Source of the DNA: Deltaproteobacteria bacterium
GTDB taxonomy: Bacteria; DRYD01
Assembly: GCA_028276365.1 (NCBI GenBank)
Contig: JAPYWL010000003.1
Location: 4,272 to 68,271 of the forward strand
Reading direction: 5' to 3'
DNA: 64,000 bases
Below the pieces are notes generated by a model. That model did no database searches. It saw nothing but the letters and a program-made list of their open reading frames with translations, and was not told the origin of the DNA. The stretch's first letter is position 1, and each line of letters begins with the position of its first letter. This document shows, piece after piece, positions 40,201 through 48,619 of this stretch. The position numbers were made by a program, and so were the translations under genes.

Positions 40201-40265
40201 GCTGGAGTATTTGTATTCCGCCCTACTTCAAAAATTTTAATATTTTAAACTACCCAGCAGGCGGT
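40201..40265 (-). promoter_or_regulatory. GC-rich pseudoknot-type structured element, copy 1 (with 28-nt insertion), between murG and asd
   Basis: The minus strand reads ACCGCC-T-GCTGGGTA-[28 nt AT-rich]-GGCGG-AATACAAA-TACTCCAGC, followed by TTATTATTTTTT and the ATG. It shares its core with the elements at 46171 and 47519. Confidence 0.5.
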
Positions 40266-40303
40266 CTTTTTAATAAAGCTAATCTCTCTTTATAACTTAC
40301 ATA

Positions 40304-41527
40304 TCAATTTATTATATTAGTATTTGCTTTAATATAAGATTTACCTTTATTATAGATTAGTTCCTCAAATTTTTTAAAATCAAAACTGAAATCTTTATTA
40401 ATATTATTATTTTTATTTATTTTATTTATATTTTCTTTGATTTTTGAGATAAATAGATTAAAATCAATTTCTTTATTTTTTTCCTCTTTAATAACATCAA
40501 TATTAGGATTATATTTAGAAACAGTTATTGCATTATAATATTGATGATCATCAGCTGCATAAGGATAAGGTATCAATATAGCATTTTTATTTAAGTATAA
40601 TATTTCAGTAGTAGCAATTCCCCCTGCCCTACTTATTACTATATCACTACTTAAATAAAAATCTATTATCTCATTAACATATTCCAAAATAATTATTTCA
40701 ATATCATTATTACCGTATTTTACCTTAAAAATCATTTTATTATTATCCAAAAACTTATCATGATTTAAATTCCTTTTATTATTTGGTACTAATTTAATTA
40801 GATCATTTTTTACATCATTAAAATTTTTCTTTCCACAAATTATAGATATTTTTTTTATACTTTGTAATTCATTACTAAACTCATTATTATTGGATAATAA
40901 AAAATCAATAAATTTAATTGCTAAATTACTAATAGATTTAGCTCCTAAACTACCACCTATAAAAAGTAAATTAATCCCCCCCTTATCTAAATTACTAGTA
41001 TTACTATCTATTAAATAAAACTCTTTTCTTAATGGATTAGGAAAAATATAACATTTATTATGATAAATTTTATTAATATAATTTAAAGACTCTTTAAAAG
41101 GGAGTATAATAATATCAGCAATATTAGCTAACAATTTATTAGCCTTACCTACTAAAACATTTTGTTCCATAATAATTAATTTTTTATTTTTTAACTTAGC
41201 AGCAAAACCCGCAGGAATGCTATTAGAACTACCTAAAGTTATTACTACATCTATTGATAATTTATCTATCAAATTAGCTATAAATAAAACATCACTAAAA
41301 AACACTGAAATATTACTAAAGAAATTTTTTAAATAAAAATGATAAAACGGTTTTATATAAAAAGAAGTTACATTATATTTAGCTTCTAATTCAGAAACTT
41401 GAGAAACATTAACAGAATTAATAGGTAAAATCAAAAAGTACTTATTATTATTAAGATTTTGGATAATAGAATAAGCAGGATAAAAGTGTCCCCCTGTACT
41501 TCCAGCACTAAATAAAATATTTCTCAT
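40304..41527 (-). CDS. murG: MurG-like glycosyltransferase (UDP-GlcNAc:lipid I transferase family) with C-terminal extension
   Basis: FSAGSTGGHFYPAYSI N-terminal motif, GGSLGA, and RAGGIATTEI. Confidence 0.7.
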   Translation of the reverse strand: MRNILFSAGSTGGHFYPAYSIIQNLNNNKYFLILPINSVNVSQVSELEAKYNVTSFYIKPFYHFYLKNFFSNISVFFSDVLFIANLIDKLSIDVVITLGSSNSIPAGFAAKLKNKKLIIMEQNVLVGKANKLLANIADIIILPFKESLNYINKIYHNKCYIFPNPLRKEFYLIDSNTSNLDKGGINLLFIGGSLGAKSISNLAIKFIDFLLSNNNEFSNELQSIKKISIICGKKNFNDVKNDLIKLVPNNKRNLNHDKFLDNNKMIFKVKYGNNDIEIIILEYVNEIIDFYLSSDIVISRAGGIATTEILYLNKNAILIPYPYAADDHQYYNAITVSKYNPNIDVIKEEKNKEIDFNLFISKIKENINKINKNNNINKDFSFDFKKFEELIYNKGKSYIKANTNIIN

Positions 41528-41544
41528 TTATACCAAAAACTTTC

Positions 41545-42606
41545 TTAATATTCTATTATATATTTTCCTAATTTTATCAATAAATCCTTTTTCACCTGAT
41601 TTAAATTTAGTTTTCCTTCATTATTATTCATTAACTTTTCATTAGTAATTTGTATATTAATTTTATAAAAACCATCTAAAAAATAAGTATAAAAAAGCAA
41701 AGCATTACTATCAAAAACATAATAATTCAAAATAGGATCATATAAAAAATTAGATAAATCTATATCTTCTAAATTCAATTTTTCCTTTGAAATAGAAATT
41801 TTTATTTCTAATTTAAAATTATCTTTATAATCTTTAAAATTATCTTTATAATCATCTTCTGATTCATTTTTTTGTATATCATTTTTGTATAGAATATCTT
41901 GAGTTTTAATTAAATTTATAATGATTTCATTATCATCAATTTTAACTATCTTAATTGAATAATATGATAATAAATCTTGATTATATTTTTCCTGTTTTAG
42001 ATTTGATAATATCAATTCCTTTAATTGTATATTTTGGATATTTTTTAGCTTACTTTTGTAAAACTTATTAAATAAGTATAATATTTTTTCATTACCTTTA
42101 GATAAATCAATAGGAGATAAATTAGAAATATTAGTAATATAAGGAGAAGCCCCCTTTGATAGTAAATAATTAGTAATAATTAAGTTCTGGTTCATAACTG
42201 AATAATGTAAAGGAGTATTACCAAAAATATCCTTAGCGTTTATATCATAAAAATTTAATAATATCTTTAAAGCAGAAAAATTATTTAATTTACAAGCCCA
42301 ATGCAAAGGTGTTAAATTATTATCATCTTTTAAATTTAGTGAAATAAAATAATTACTCATAAATTTTAGAACATCTATTTTATTATACATTATAGCCCAA
42401 ATAACTGGATTATATCCATTATAATCTTTTCTTACTAAAATAAAGTTATCTTCTTCTAAAATTTTTCTAATACCTTTTATATCATTTTTTATTATTAATT
42501 CTTTAAAATTTTTTAAATATTCATCCTCATAATATCCAAAAGCAAAGCCACTAAACATTATTATTAAAAAGCAATAAAACAAAAATAAAGTTAATTTTTT
42601 AAACAT
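41545..42606 (-). CDS. Secreted ankyrin-repeat protein
   Basis: Signal-peptide-like N-terminus and at least 3 ANK repeats (TPLHWACKLNN..., GNTPLHYSVMNQN...). Confidence 0.75.
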   Translation of the reverse strand: MFKKLTLFLFYCFLIIMFSGFAFGYYEDEYLKNFKELIIKNDIKGIRKILEEDNFILVRKDYNGYNPVIWAIMYNKIDVLKFMSNYFISLNLKDDNNLTPLHWACKLNNFSALKILLNFYDINAKDIFGNTPLHYSVMNQNLIITNYLLSKGASPYITNISNLSPIDLSKGNEKILYLFNKFYKSKLKNIQNIQLKELILSNLKQEKYNQDLLSYYSIKIVKIDDNEIIINLIKTQDILYKNDIQKNESEDDYKDNFKDYKDNFKLEIKISISKEKLNLEDIDLSNFLYDPILNYYVFDSNALLFYTYFLDGFYKINIQITNEKLMNNNEGKLNLNQVKKDLLIKLGKYIIEY

Positions 42607-42618
42607 AACTCCCCCTCC

Positions 42619-43032
42619 TTACTTACTAAATTTAAAAAAGATAGTAAAGATAAAAAAAGAAAAGGTTATAAAATACTCAATAATAGACCCCGTTTTTAAT
42701 AATTTTAAAGAAATACGGGGATAATAAGAAAAAAATAAGGGAATCCCGTTTATAGTTAGTAAATCTGCTAATAGATGAGAAAAATACCCTATACTTATTG
42801 GCAATAATATAAAGCCTAAATTCTCATAAAACACAGCTAAAAATAATAAAAAAAGAGGAATAATAAAATGATGAGTAAATCCTCTATGAGAAAACCAAAA
42901 ATTATTTTTTAAATACCTTCCCCATATTATATCTACATCAGGTATTAATGAACCAACTATAGATAATAATGGATTAACATTAAAAAGCAATCCAAAACTA
43001 AAACCTATAAGTATATGTGATTTCTTTGTCAT
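42619..43032 (-). CDS. Membrane-bound metal-dependent hydrolase (YdjM/DUF457 family)
   Basis: SHILIG, IPDVDI and HRGFTHH motifs. 137 aa with 4 TM segments. Confidence 0.65.
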   Translation of the reverse strand: MTKKSHILIGFSFGLLFNVNPLLSIVGSLIPDVDIIWGRYLKNNFWFSHRGFTHHFIIPLFLLFLAVFYENLGFILLPISIGYFSHLLADLLTINGIPLFFSYYPRISLKLLKTGSIIEYFITFSFFIFTIFFKFSK

Positions 43033-43037
43033 ATTAT

Positions 43038-44957
43038 TTAATCTACTTCTATGAATTCTACAATGTCCTTAACAAATACTTGATTCTTTAATCCCTTAGA
43101 ATTAATAGCATCTTCAAACATCATTAAACAATATGGACAAGAAGTAGAAACTATTTTAGCCTTTACCTTTAAGACTTCCTCCAATCTTTCATGATTTATT
43201 TTTTTAGTGGTTTTATCTTCTTTAAAATACATTCCCCCACCTGCTCCACAACAAAAAGAATTCGATCTATTCCTATATAACTCTCTATAATCTGAGATAT
43301 TTTTAACAATAATCCTTGGTTCATCATATATATCATTATGCCTACCTAAATAACAAGCATCATGATAAGTAATTAAATCTTTCTCTTTTTTTAACTTTAT
43401 TTTTCCTTGTTTCAATAAACTACTTAATAAAACCGAATGATGAATAACTTCATAATTAAAATTATTATCAAGTTGAGGATATTCATTTTTAAAAGTATTA
43501 AAACAGTGAGCACAATTAACTAAAATTTTTGAGAACTTATATTTCTTAAAGTTTTCAATATTATTATTAGCTTGTAATTGAAATAGGTATTCATTACCAG
43601 TTCTTCTAGCAATATCTCCACTACAAGTCTCATTTAAAGAAATAGCAAAATTAATATTTAATTTTTTTAAAATTTTTATTAAATTAATAGCAATATTTTG
43701 AGCTCTTTCATTATATATAGTAGCACAACCTAAGAAATATAAATATTCAGTTTCTTTTACATCCTCTATAAAATTTATATCTAATTCTTGTTTAAGTTTA
43801 TTAAGAAATTGTTTTTTAGCTATGTTAGTACCTCTAAAAGGATGATCCCTAACTTCAATAGAATTAAAAATTTCTTGAATATAATTAGGAATCTCAGATT
43901 TATCCATAACTAAATTTTGCCTAAATCTTATTATTTTACTTAGCGGATTAATAAAAACAGGACAAGCACTAACACAAGCTCCACATGTAGTACAACTCCA
44001 TATAGAATCAACTGATATAGAATTATTTATTATAGATTTATCTTTAAAATTTTGATAATGTTCTAATAAATTAACTATAATGGATTTAGGGGATAAAGGT
44101 TTATTAGTTAAGAAAGCAGGACAAGCATCCTGACACCTACCACACTCAGTACAACTAAACACTTCTAATAAATCCCTTGAATTTAAATCATTTATGTTAT
44201 CTATTCCAAATTTTTCAGTTTTTTCTAAATCAATAAATTCAATCTTATTACTAACTTTATGACCATAAGCGTCATCAGAAGTTAAAATAGAAATAGGAGC
44301 TAAAATCATATGTATCATCTTACTCTTACTTAAACTATAAATAAACCCAAAAACTAATAAATTATTTATTAACCATAAGAAATTATATAAAAATTGATAA
44401 ATGTTTCTATCATTAATGAAAAAAGTCAAAATAGAAAAAGATAAATTAGAAGTTAAATAAATATCGTTAATAAATTCATTATTAAACAAATAAAACTTAA
44501 TTCCTTGAATAAAAAACGAATTAATAGCTATTAAAAATAATAAAATTAAACTAATAAAATAATTATCTTTAATTGAATTTTTAATAATTCTTTCAACTTT
44601 TAATAAATATCTTCTAACTAAAGCTAAAAAAATCCCAATTAATAAAAGCAAAACAGATATATCTAACAACAAATTATAAAATTTAATATTAAAAAAAAGT
44701 AAAAAGATACTAAATAAAAAAATTAAAATCCCTAAAAAAGCACTTGAATGCATTAACTTAGTTCTAAAATTTGATATTCTACTTTGATAAATAATATTTA
44801 AAATTAAATTCTTAAAAAAATTTAAATACCCATATTTCTTAAACTTATAATCTTGTTCAAATATAATCTTAAATTTTTCCTTAGATTTAAAAAATAATAA
44901 ATAGAAAGCAGAAAATAAAACAATTATTATAAATAAAAACTTAATTAAAGTAATCAT
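43038..44957 (-). CDS. Membrane-anchored Fe-S oxidoreductase: multi-TM domain fused to a 2x[4Fe-4S] ferredoxin domain and two CCG domains (HdrD/DsrK/GlcF-like)
   Basis: CTECGRCQDACP and CTTCGACVSACP clusters, with a C-terminal CCGAGGG and a second Cys-rich (CCG-type) motif. The N-terminal 230 aa or so are hydrophobic. Confidence 0.7.
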   Translation of the reverse strand: MITLIKFLFIIIVLFSAFYLLFFKSKEKFKIIFEQDYKFKKYGYLNFFKNLILNIIYQSRISNFRTKLMHSSAFLGILIFLFSIFLLFFNIKFYNLLLDISVLLLLIGIFLALVRRYLLKVERIIKNSIKDNYFISLILLFLIAINSFFIQGIKFYLFNNEFINDIYLTSNLSFSILTFFINDRNIYQFLYNFLWLINNLLVFGFIYSLSKSKMIHMILAPISILTSDDAYGHKVSNKIEFIDLEKTEKFGIDNINDLNSRDLLEVFSCTECGRCQDACPAFLTNKPLSPKSIIVNLLEHYQNFKDKSIINNSISVDSIWSCTTCGACVSACPVFINPLSKIIRFRQNLVMDKSEIPNYIQEIFNSIEVRDHPFRGTNIAKKQFLNKLKQELDINFIEDVKETEYLYFLGCATIYNERAQNIAINLIKILKKLNINFAISLNETCSGDIARRTGNEYLFQLQANNNIENFKKYKFSKILVNCAHCFNTFKNEYPQLDNNFNYEVIHHSVLLSSLLKQGKIKLKKEKDLITYHDACYLGRHNDIYDEPRIIVKNISDYRELYRNRSNSFCCGAGGGMYFKEDKTTKKINHERLEEVLKVKAKIVSTSCPYCLMMFEDAINSKGLKNQVFVKDIVEFIEVD

Positions 44958-44969
44958 AAAATAATTTCA

Positions 44970-45806
44970 TTATAAATTAGCTTTATTAGAAGCAATTAGT
45001 TTATAATAAAACTCCAAATCTTGTTTTTTATCAATATTAAAAGCCAATTCAGCGTAATTAGTTAAAATAGCATGAGCTTTTACATTAAATAATTTATTAA
45101 TTCTTTCCTCTAATTCAATAATAGTTAAATTTTTAAGAATCAATTTAAACAATATATCATATCCAAAAATCTCAGCTAATTTTAATGGTTTCTTTCTATT
45201 TTTTAGTATATTTTCTAATAAATCTAAAAAATTCCTAATAATTTGACTCCTAATAATAAATAAAGAAGTATTACAAAAAGAATCATTTTTAAACCTAACA
45301 AATGTTCTTAATTTTGAAGCCCTATTAGAATATCTTACTTCATAAACTTCTTTACTAACAATAGGTAAAAATATATCACCCTCTATATAATCCAACCTAA
45401 AAATTATATCATTTATACTTTCATAAGTAATAAAAGGAGTATCAGTAGCAACAAATAATAAATAAATATCAAATTCTGTTTCTTTTAAATTTAAAATTCT
45501 ATTAATCACATTTTTTATAGTATCTAATAACTTTTCACCACTATTTATTACCTCATACTTTGGTAAATAATTTTTAATATTTTGTAAATTTTCATAATGG
45601 ATATTATTAAAATAATTTAAATAATTTTCAGGTAAAGTTATAAATCTTTTTAAAATCTTATTTTCATCATATTTAGAAAATATTTCAAATATCTTTTCCA
45701 AAATAGTTAAATTAGAATGTATTAAAAGAGATTTTAAGTTATTATTAAGTAATCCTCCACTAAGCAATATTAAGTAATACTTTTTAAGATATAAAGGTTC
45801 AAACAT
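44970..45806 (-). CDS. Putative nucleotidyltransferase (MobA-like NTP_transf_3 fold)
   Basis: LILLSGGL N-terminal glycine motif and a VATDTPFIT motif reminiscent of MobA/CofC-type enzymes. The assignment is weak. Confidence 0.35.
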   Translation of the reverse strand: MFEPLYLKKYYLILLSGGLLNNNLKSLLIHSNLTILEKIFEIFSKYDENKILKRFITLPENYLNYFNNIHYENLQNIKNYLPKYEVINSGEKLLDTIKNVINRILNLKETEFDIYLLFVATDTPFITYESINDIIFRLDYIEGDIFLPIVSKEVYEVRYSNRASKLRTFVRFKNDSFCNTSLFIIRSQIIRNFLDLLENILKNRKKPLKLAEIFGYDILFKLILKNLTIIELEERINKLFNVKAHAILTNYAELAFNIDKKQDLEFYYKLIASNKANL

Positions 45807-45810
45807 TGCT

Positions 45811-46152
45811 TTAAGTAGTAACCTCTACCATCCACTTAAGATAATCTAAATTACCTGCTTTAATATCAATTACAATTATCTCAGGAACAGTATAAGAATG
45901 ATATTTTTTAATAGTTTCTTCTAACTCTTCTAATTTTTCTTCAGTAGTTTTTATAATCAATAGAGCTTCTTCCTGAATTTCTACATTACCCTTCCAAGTA
46001 AATATAGATTTTAAATTATTAATAATATTAACACAAGCAGCAAGTCTATTATTAATTAATATCCTTGCGATATTTTCAGCTTCTATAATATTTGGGCAGG
46101 TTACAAATAAAACTTTAAAAGGAGAATTTTGTAAATTATCTAATTTCTTCAT
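45811..46152 (-). CDS. cutA: Divalent-cation tolerance protein CutA
   Basis: RLAACVNII...SIFTWKGNVE...LIIKT...HSYTVPEIIVIDI...YLKWM. Confidence 0.9.
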   Translation of the reverse strand: MKKLDNLQNSPFKVLFVTCPNIIEAENIARILINNRLAACVNIINNLKSIFTWKGNVEIQEEALLIIKTTEEKLEELEETIKKYHSYTVPEIIVIDIKAGNLDYLKWMVEVTT

Positions 46153-46170
46153 AATAAAAATATAAAATAA

Positions 46171-46207
46171 GCTGGGATATTTATATTCCGCCTACCCAGC
46201 AAGCGGT
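46171..46207 (-). promoter_or_regulatory. GC-rich pseudoknot-type structured element, copy 2 (minimal form), in the cutA leader
   Basis: The minus strand reads ACCGCT-T-GCTGGGTA-GGCGG-AATATAAA-TATCCCAGC, followed by an 18-nt T-rich tract and the ATG. Confidence 0.6.
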
Positions 46208-46236
46208 ATTACATTATTTTTAATTATTATATTATT

Positions 46237-46761
46237 TTATTTTAAATCTGTTAAATCCGGTAAATTTTGTATTAAAGTTTGTAATTTATTAGCCATTTCT
46301 ACTAATTCCTGTTTCATTATTCCCTTCATTTTATAATACTGATAAACTTTATTAGATAATTCAGATATGAAACTTAATACATTTAAAAAAGATTGTTCTT
46401 GAATATCATTCCAAACCTTTTTTAATTCACTCTTAGATAAAGATAATTCTAAATTAATATTTGATAACTTAGTTAAATAATTATCTATTTCATTTAATAA
46501 ATTTTCATCCTTAGTGTTTAGATATTCTTTTAATTTTAAAAGTATAGCATTAACCTGAACTTTGTACTCATTAAACTTAGGGTTTTCAATATTCATTTTT
46601 TTTATATCATAATCCAAAGCTAAAATATAATTAAGTATTAATTGATTTAAAGAATGAACATAAGAAGAAATTAAATTAAAATTTTTAGTTTTAACAGCAG
46701 TTTGTAGAGTACTTATAACTCGCTGAATTTCTTCATTTGCTTTATTTAATTCATTATCCAT
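46237..46761 (-). CDS. Hypothetical all-helical protein
   Basis: 174-aa ORF, tightly coupled downstream of the thioredoxin-fold gene. I recognise no motifs. Confidence 0.4.
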   Translation of the reverse strand: MDNELNKANEEIQRVISTLQTAVKTKNFNLISSYVHSLNQLILNYILALDYDIKKMNIENPKFNEYKVQVNAILLKLKEYLNTKDENLLNEIDNYLTKLSNINLELSLSKSELKKVWNDIQEQSFLNVLSFISELSNKVYQYYKMKGIMKQELVEMANKLQTLIQNLPDLTDLK

Positions 46762-46780
46762 AATTCCACTACTTAATAAA

Positions 46781-47500
46781 TTAATGTTTATGAAGTGGAT
46801 TCAATTGATGATCTACAAAATGTTTAATAAACTCAGCATATTTGTTTTCAGGTAAAGCTCCTTCTATATCATCTTCAAATACTTTTTGATCTTTTGTTAT
46901 TAGCTTTAAAACAGTTTTAGGAACACCCATTATATTATATTTAATAGCATAATCTTGAAATTCAGAAACTTCCACATTAATAGCTTTAATATTATCACTA
47001 ACAACCGAAAAAGCAGTGGAATTAATAGTCATAATAGGACAATATGGACAAGTAGGAGTAACAAATACCCATAATTCTAAAACTGCCCCATTACTCTTTA
47101 ACATATTATCTATTTCTTTTACAGTATTTATAGTTTTTTCACTTATAGGTAGTTGATCATTAGCTACCATAAGAATAGAATTTAATAACCAAGTGAACTC
47201 ATAACCAGCAGGAATCCCCAAAAACTTAAAATTATAATCCTTATTTGATCTTAATATTATAGCCGGTACTTCCTTTGAAATACCATACTTATTAGCTAAC
47301 TCCACATCAACTAAAGGATTATATAAAACTAATTTTAAATTATCTAAGATTTCAGTTAATTCTTTCAGTAATTGTTCCGTATCAGGACAATACTCACAAC
47401 CTATTTTTTGGGAAAATAATAGCACTTCAGTTAGTTTTGCTAAACTTCCTACTTGTCTTTTTATTTCCTGTCTATCTTGTTCAGTAATAAACATATTCAT
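46781..47500 (-). CDS. Protein disulfide oxidoreductase with two thioredoxin-fold units (glutaredoxin-like PDO type)
   Basis: Two CxxC sites (CEYC and CPYC) in two repeated Trx-like halves. 239 aa. Strong AAAGGAGGGA SD. Confidence 0.75.
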   Translation of the reverse strand: MNMFITEQDRQEIKRQVGSLAKLTEVLLFSQKIGCEYCPDTEQLLKELTEILDNLKLVLYNPLVDVELANKYGISKEVPAIILRSNKDYNFKFLGIPAGYEFTWLLNSILMVANDQLPISEKTINTVKEIDNMLKSNGAVLELWVFVTPTCPYCPIMTINSTAFSVVSDNIKAINVEVSEFQDYAIKYNIMGVPKTVLKLITKDQKVFEDDIEGALPENKYAEFIKHFVDHQLNPLHKH

Positions 47501-47518
47501 TCCCTCCTTTCTAGTAAT

Positions 47519-47557
47519 GCTGTAATCATTTATATTCCGCTATTACAGCTTAGCGGT
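47519..47557 (-). promoter_or_regulatory. GC-rich pseudoknot-type structured element, copy 3, between fabH and the PDO gene
   Basis: The minus strand reads ACCGCT-AA-GCTGTAAT-AGCGG-AATATAAATG-ATTACAGC, followed by ATTACTAGAAAGGAGGGA and the ATG. Confidence 0.55.
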
Positions 47558-47603
47558 AATTCCTTTTAATTTATATAATTTATAAAAAAAATTATAAAAA
47601 ATT

Positions 47604-48602
47604 TTATAATCTCCATAAAACATTAGCCCAAGTAAAACCAGCACCAAATGCAGAAAACAAAACTAAATCTCCCTCTTTAACTAGTCCATTTTGTAATGCT
47701 TCATAAAAAACAATAGGTACTGAAGCAGCCGAAGTATTACCATATTTATCTATATTATTATAAACCCTATTAGCTTCTATTCCTAAATTTTCCATAATTC
47801 CATTTATAATTCTTATATTAGCTTGATGAAAAATATATAATTTTATATCATTAGGTTTTAAATTATTTTTACTTAACAATTCCCTTATTTTATCAGGTAC
47901 TAATGTAATAGCTATTTTAAAAACCTCTCTACCTACCATCTTTAGATATCTATTATTTAGATTTTCACAATTAGGAGGCTCCTTAACTCCACCCACAGGA
48001 ATATATATTAAATCAAATTTAGTTCCATCACTACCTACATTAGCATCAATTAATCCCTTAGTACTATCTTCATCATAAGATAAAATAAAACTACCTGCTC
48101 CATCTCCTAATAATATACAAACAGTTCTATCTTTCCAATCAACTAATTTAGAAATAGTTTCTGAGCCAACCAAAAGTATATTTTTATATATCCCACTTTT
48201 AATTAATGAGCTAGCAGTAATTAATGCATAAACAAAAGCAGTACATCCAGAAAATACATCCATAGAACCAGTATTATCTGAAATTAAATTAGTCTTAGTT
48301 TTTAATTTTCCATGTAAAACAGAAGCAGTAGCAGGAACTATATAATCCGGAGAATTCGTAGCTAAAATAATTAAATCAATTTTATCTATATTATTTGTTT
48401 TTAAATTATTAATAGCATTCAAAGAAGCATTTAAAGCTAAATCAGAGGTAGATGAATCTTCATCAGAAATATATCTATATTTTATACCTGTTCTTTGAGT
48501 TATCCATTCGTCTGTAGTATCTACCATTTTCTCTAAATCATAATTAGATAATACTTTAGATGGTAAATATATTCCTATAGAAGATACTTTAACCCCAAAC
48601 AT
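47604..48602 (-). CDS. fabH: 3-oxoacyl-ACP synthase III
   Basis: Active-site SGCTAF, plus HQANIRII and GNTSAASVPI. Confidence 0.9.
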   Translation of the reverse strand: MFGVKVSSIGIYLPSKVLSNYDLEKMVDTTDEWITQRTGIKYRYISDEDSSTSDLALNASLNAINNLKTNNIDKIDLIILATNSPDYIVPATASVLHGKLKTKTNLISDNTGSMDVFSGCTAFVYALITASSLIKSGIYKNILLVGSETISKLVDWKDRTVCILLGDGAGSFILSYDEDSTKGLIDANVGSDGTKFDLIYIPVGGVKEPPNCENLNNRYLKMVGREVFKIAITLVPDKIRELLSKNNLKPNDIKLYIFHQANIRIINGIMENLGIEANRVYNNIDKYGNTSAASVPIVFYEALQNGLVKEGDLVLFSAFGAGFTWANVLWRL

Positions 48603-48619
48603 AACTTTTTTATCCTATT

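Noticed and set aside
38635-40982. Shorter G runs inside coding regions: G6 at 38635-38640 in the dgkA fusion and G7 at 40976-40982 in murG.
   Set aside because: Both are in frame within intact ORFs and are shorter than typical phase-variation tracts.
46171-46207. Reading the conserved GCGGAATATAAAT core as a promoter (TATAAA as the -10 element), or identifying the motif as a known riboswitch (ZTP CCGCCTGGG-like box, preQ1-I, glutamine-II GGACGGAAGTAGG-like box).
   Set aside because: No consistent -35 element lies at 16-18 bp, and the compensatory changes in P2 argue for RNA pairing. The resemblances to known riboswitch consensus sequences are limited to a few nucleotides and the architectures differ. 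This needs an Rfam scan to settle.
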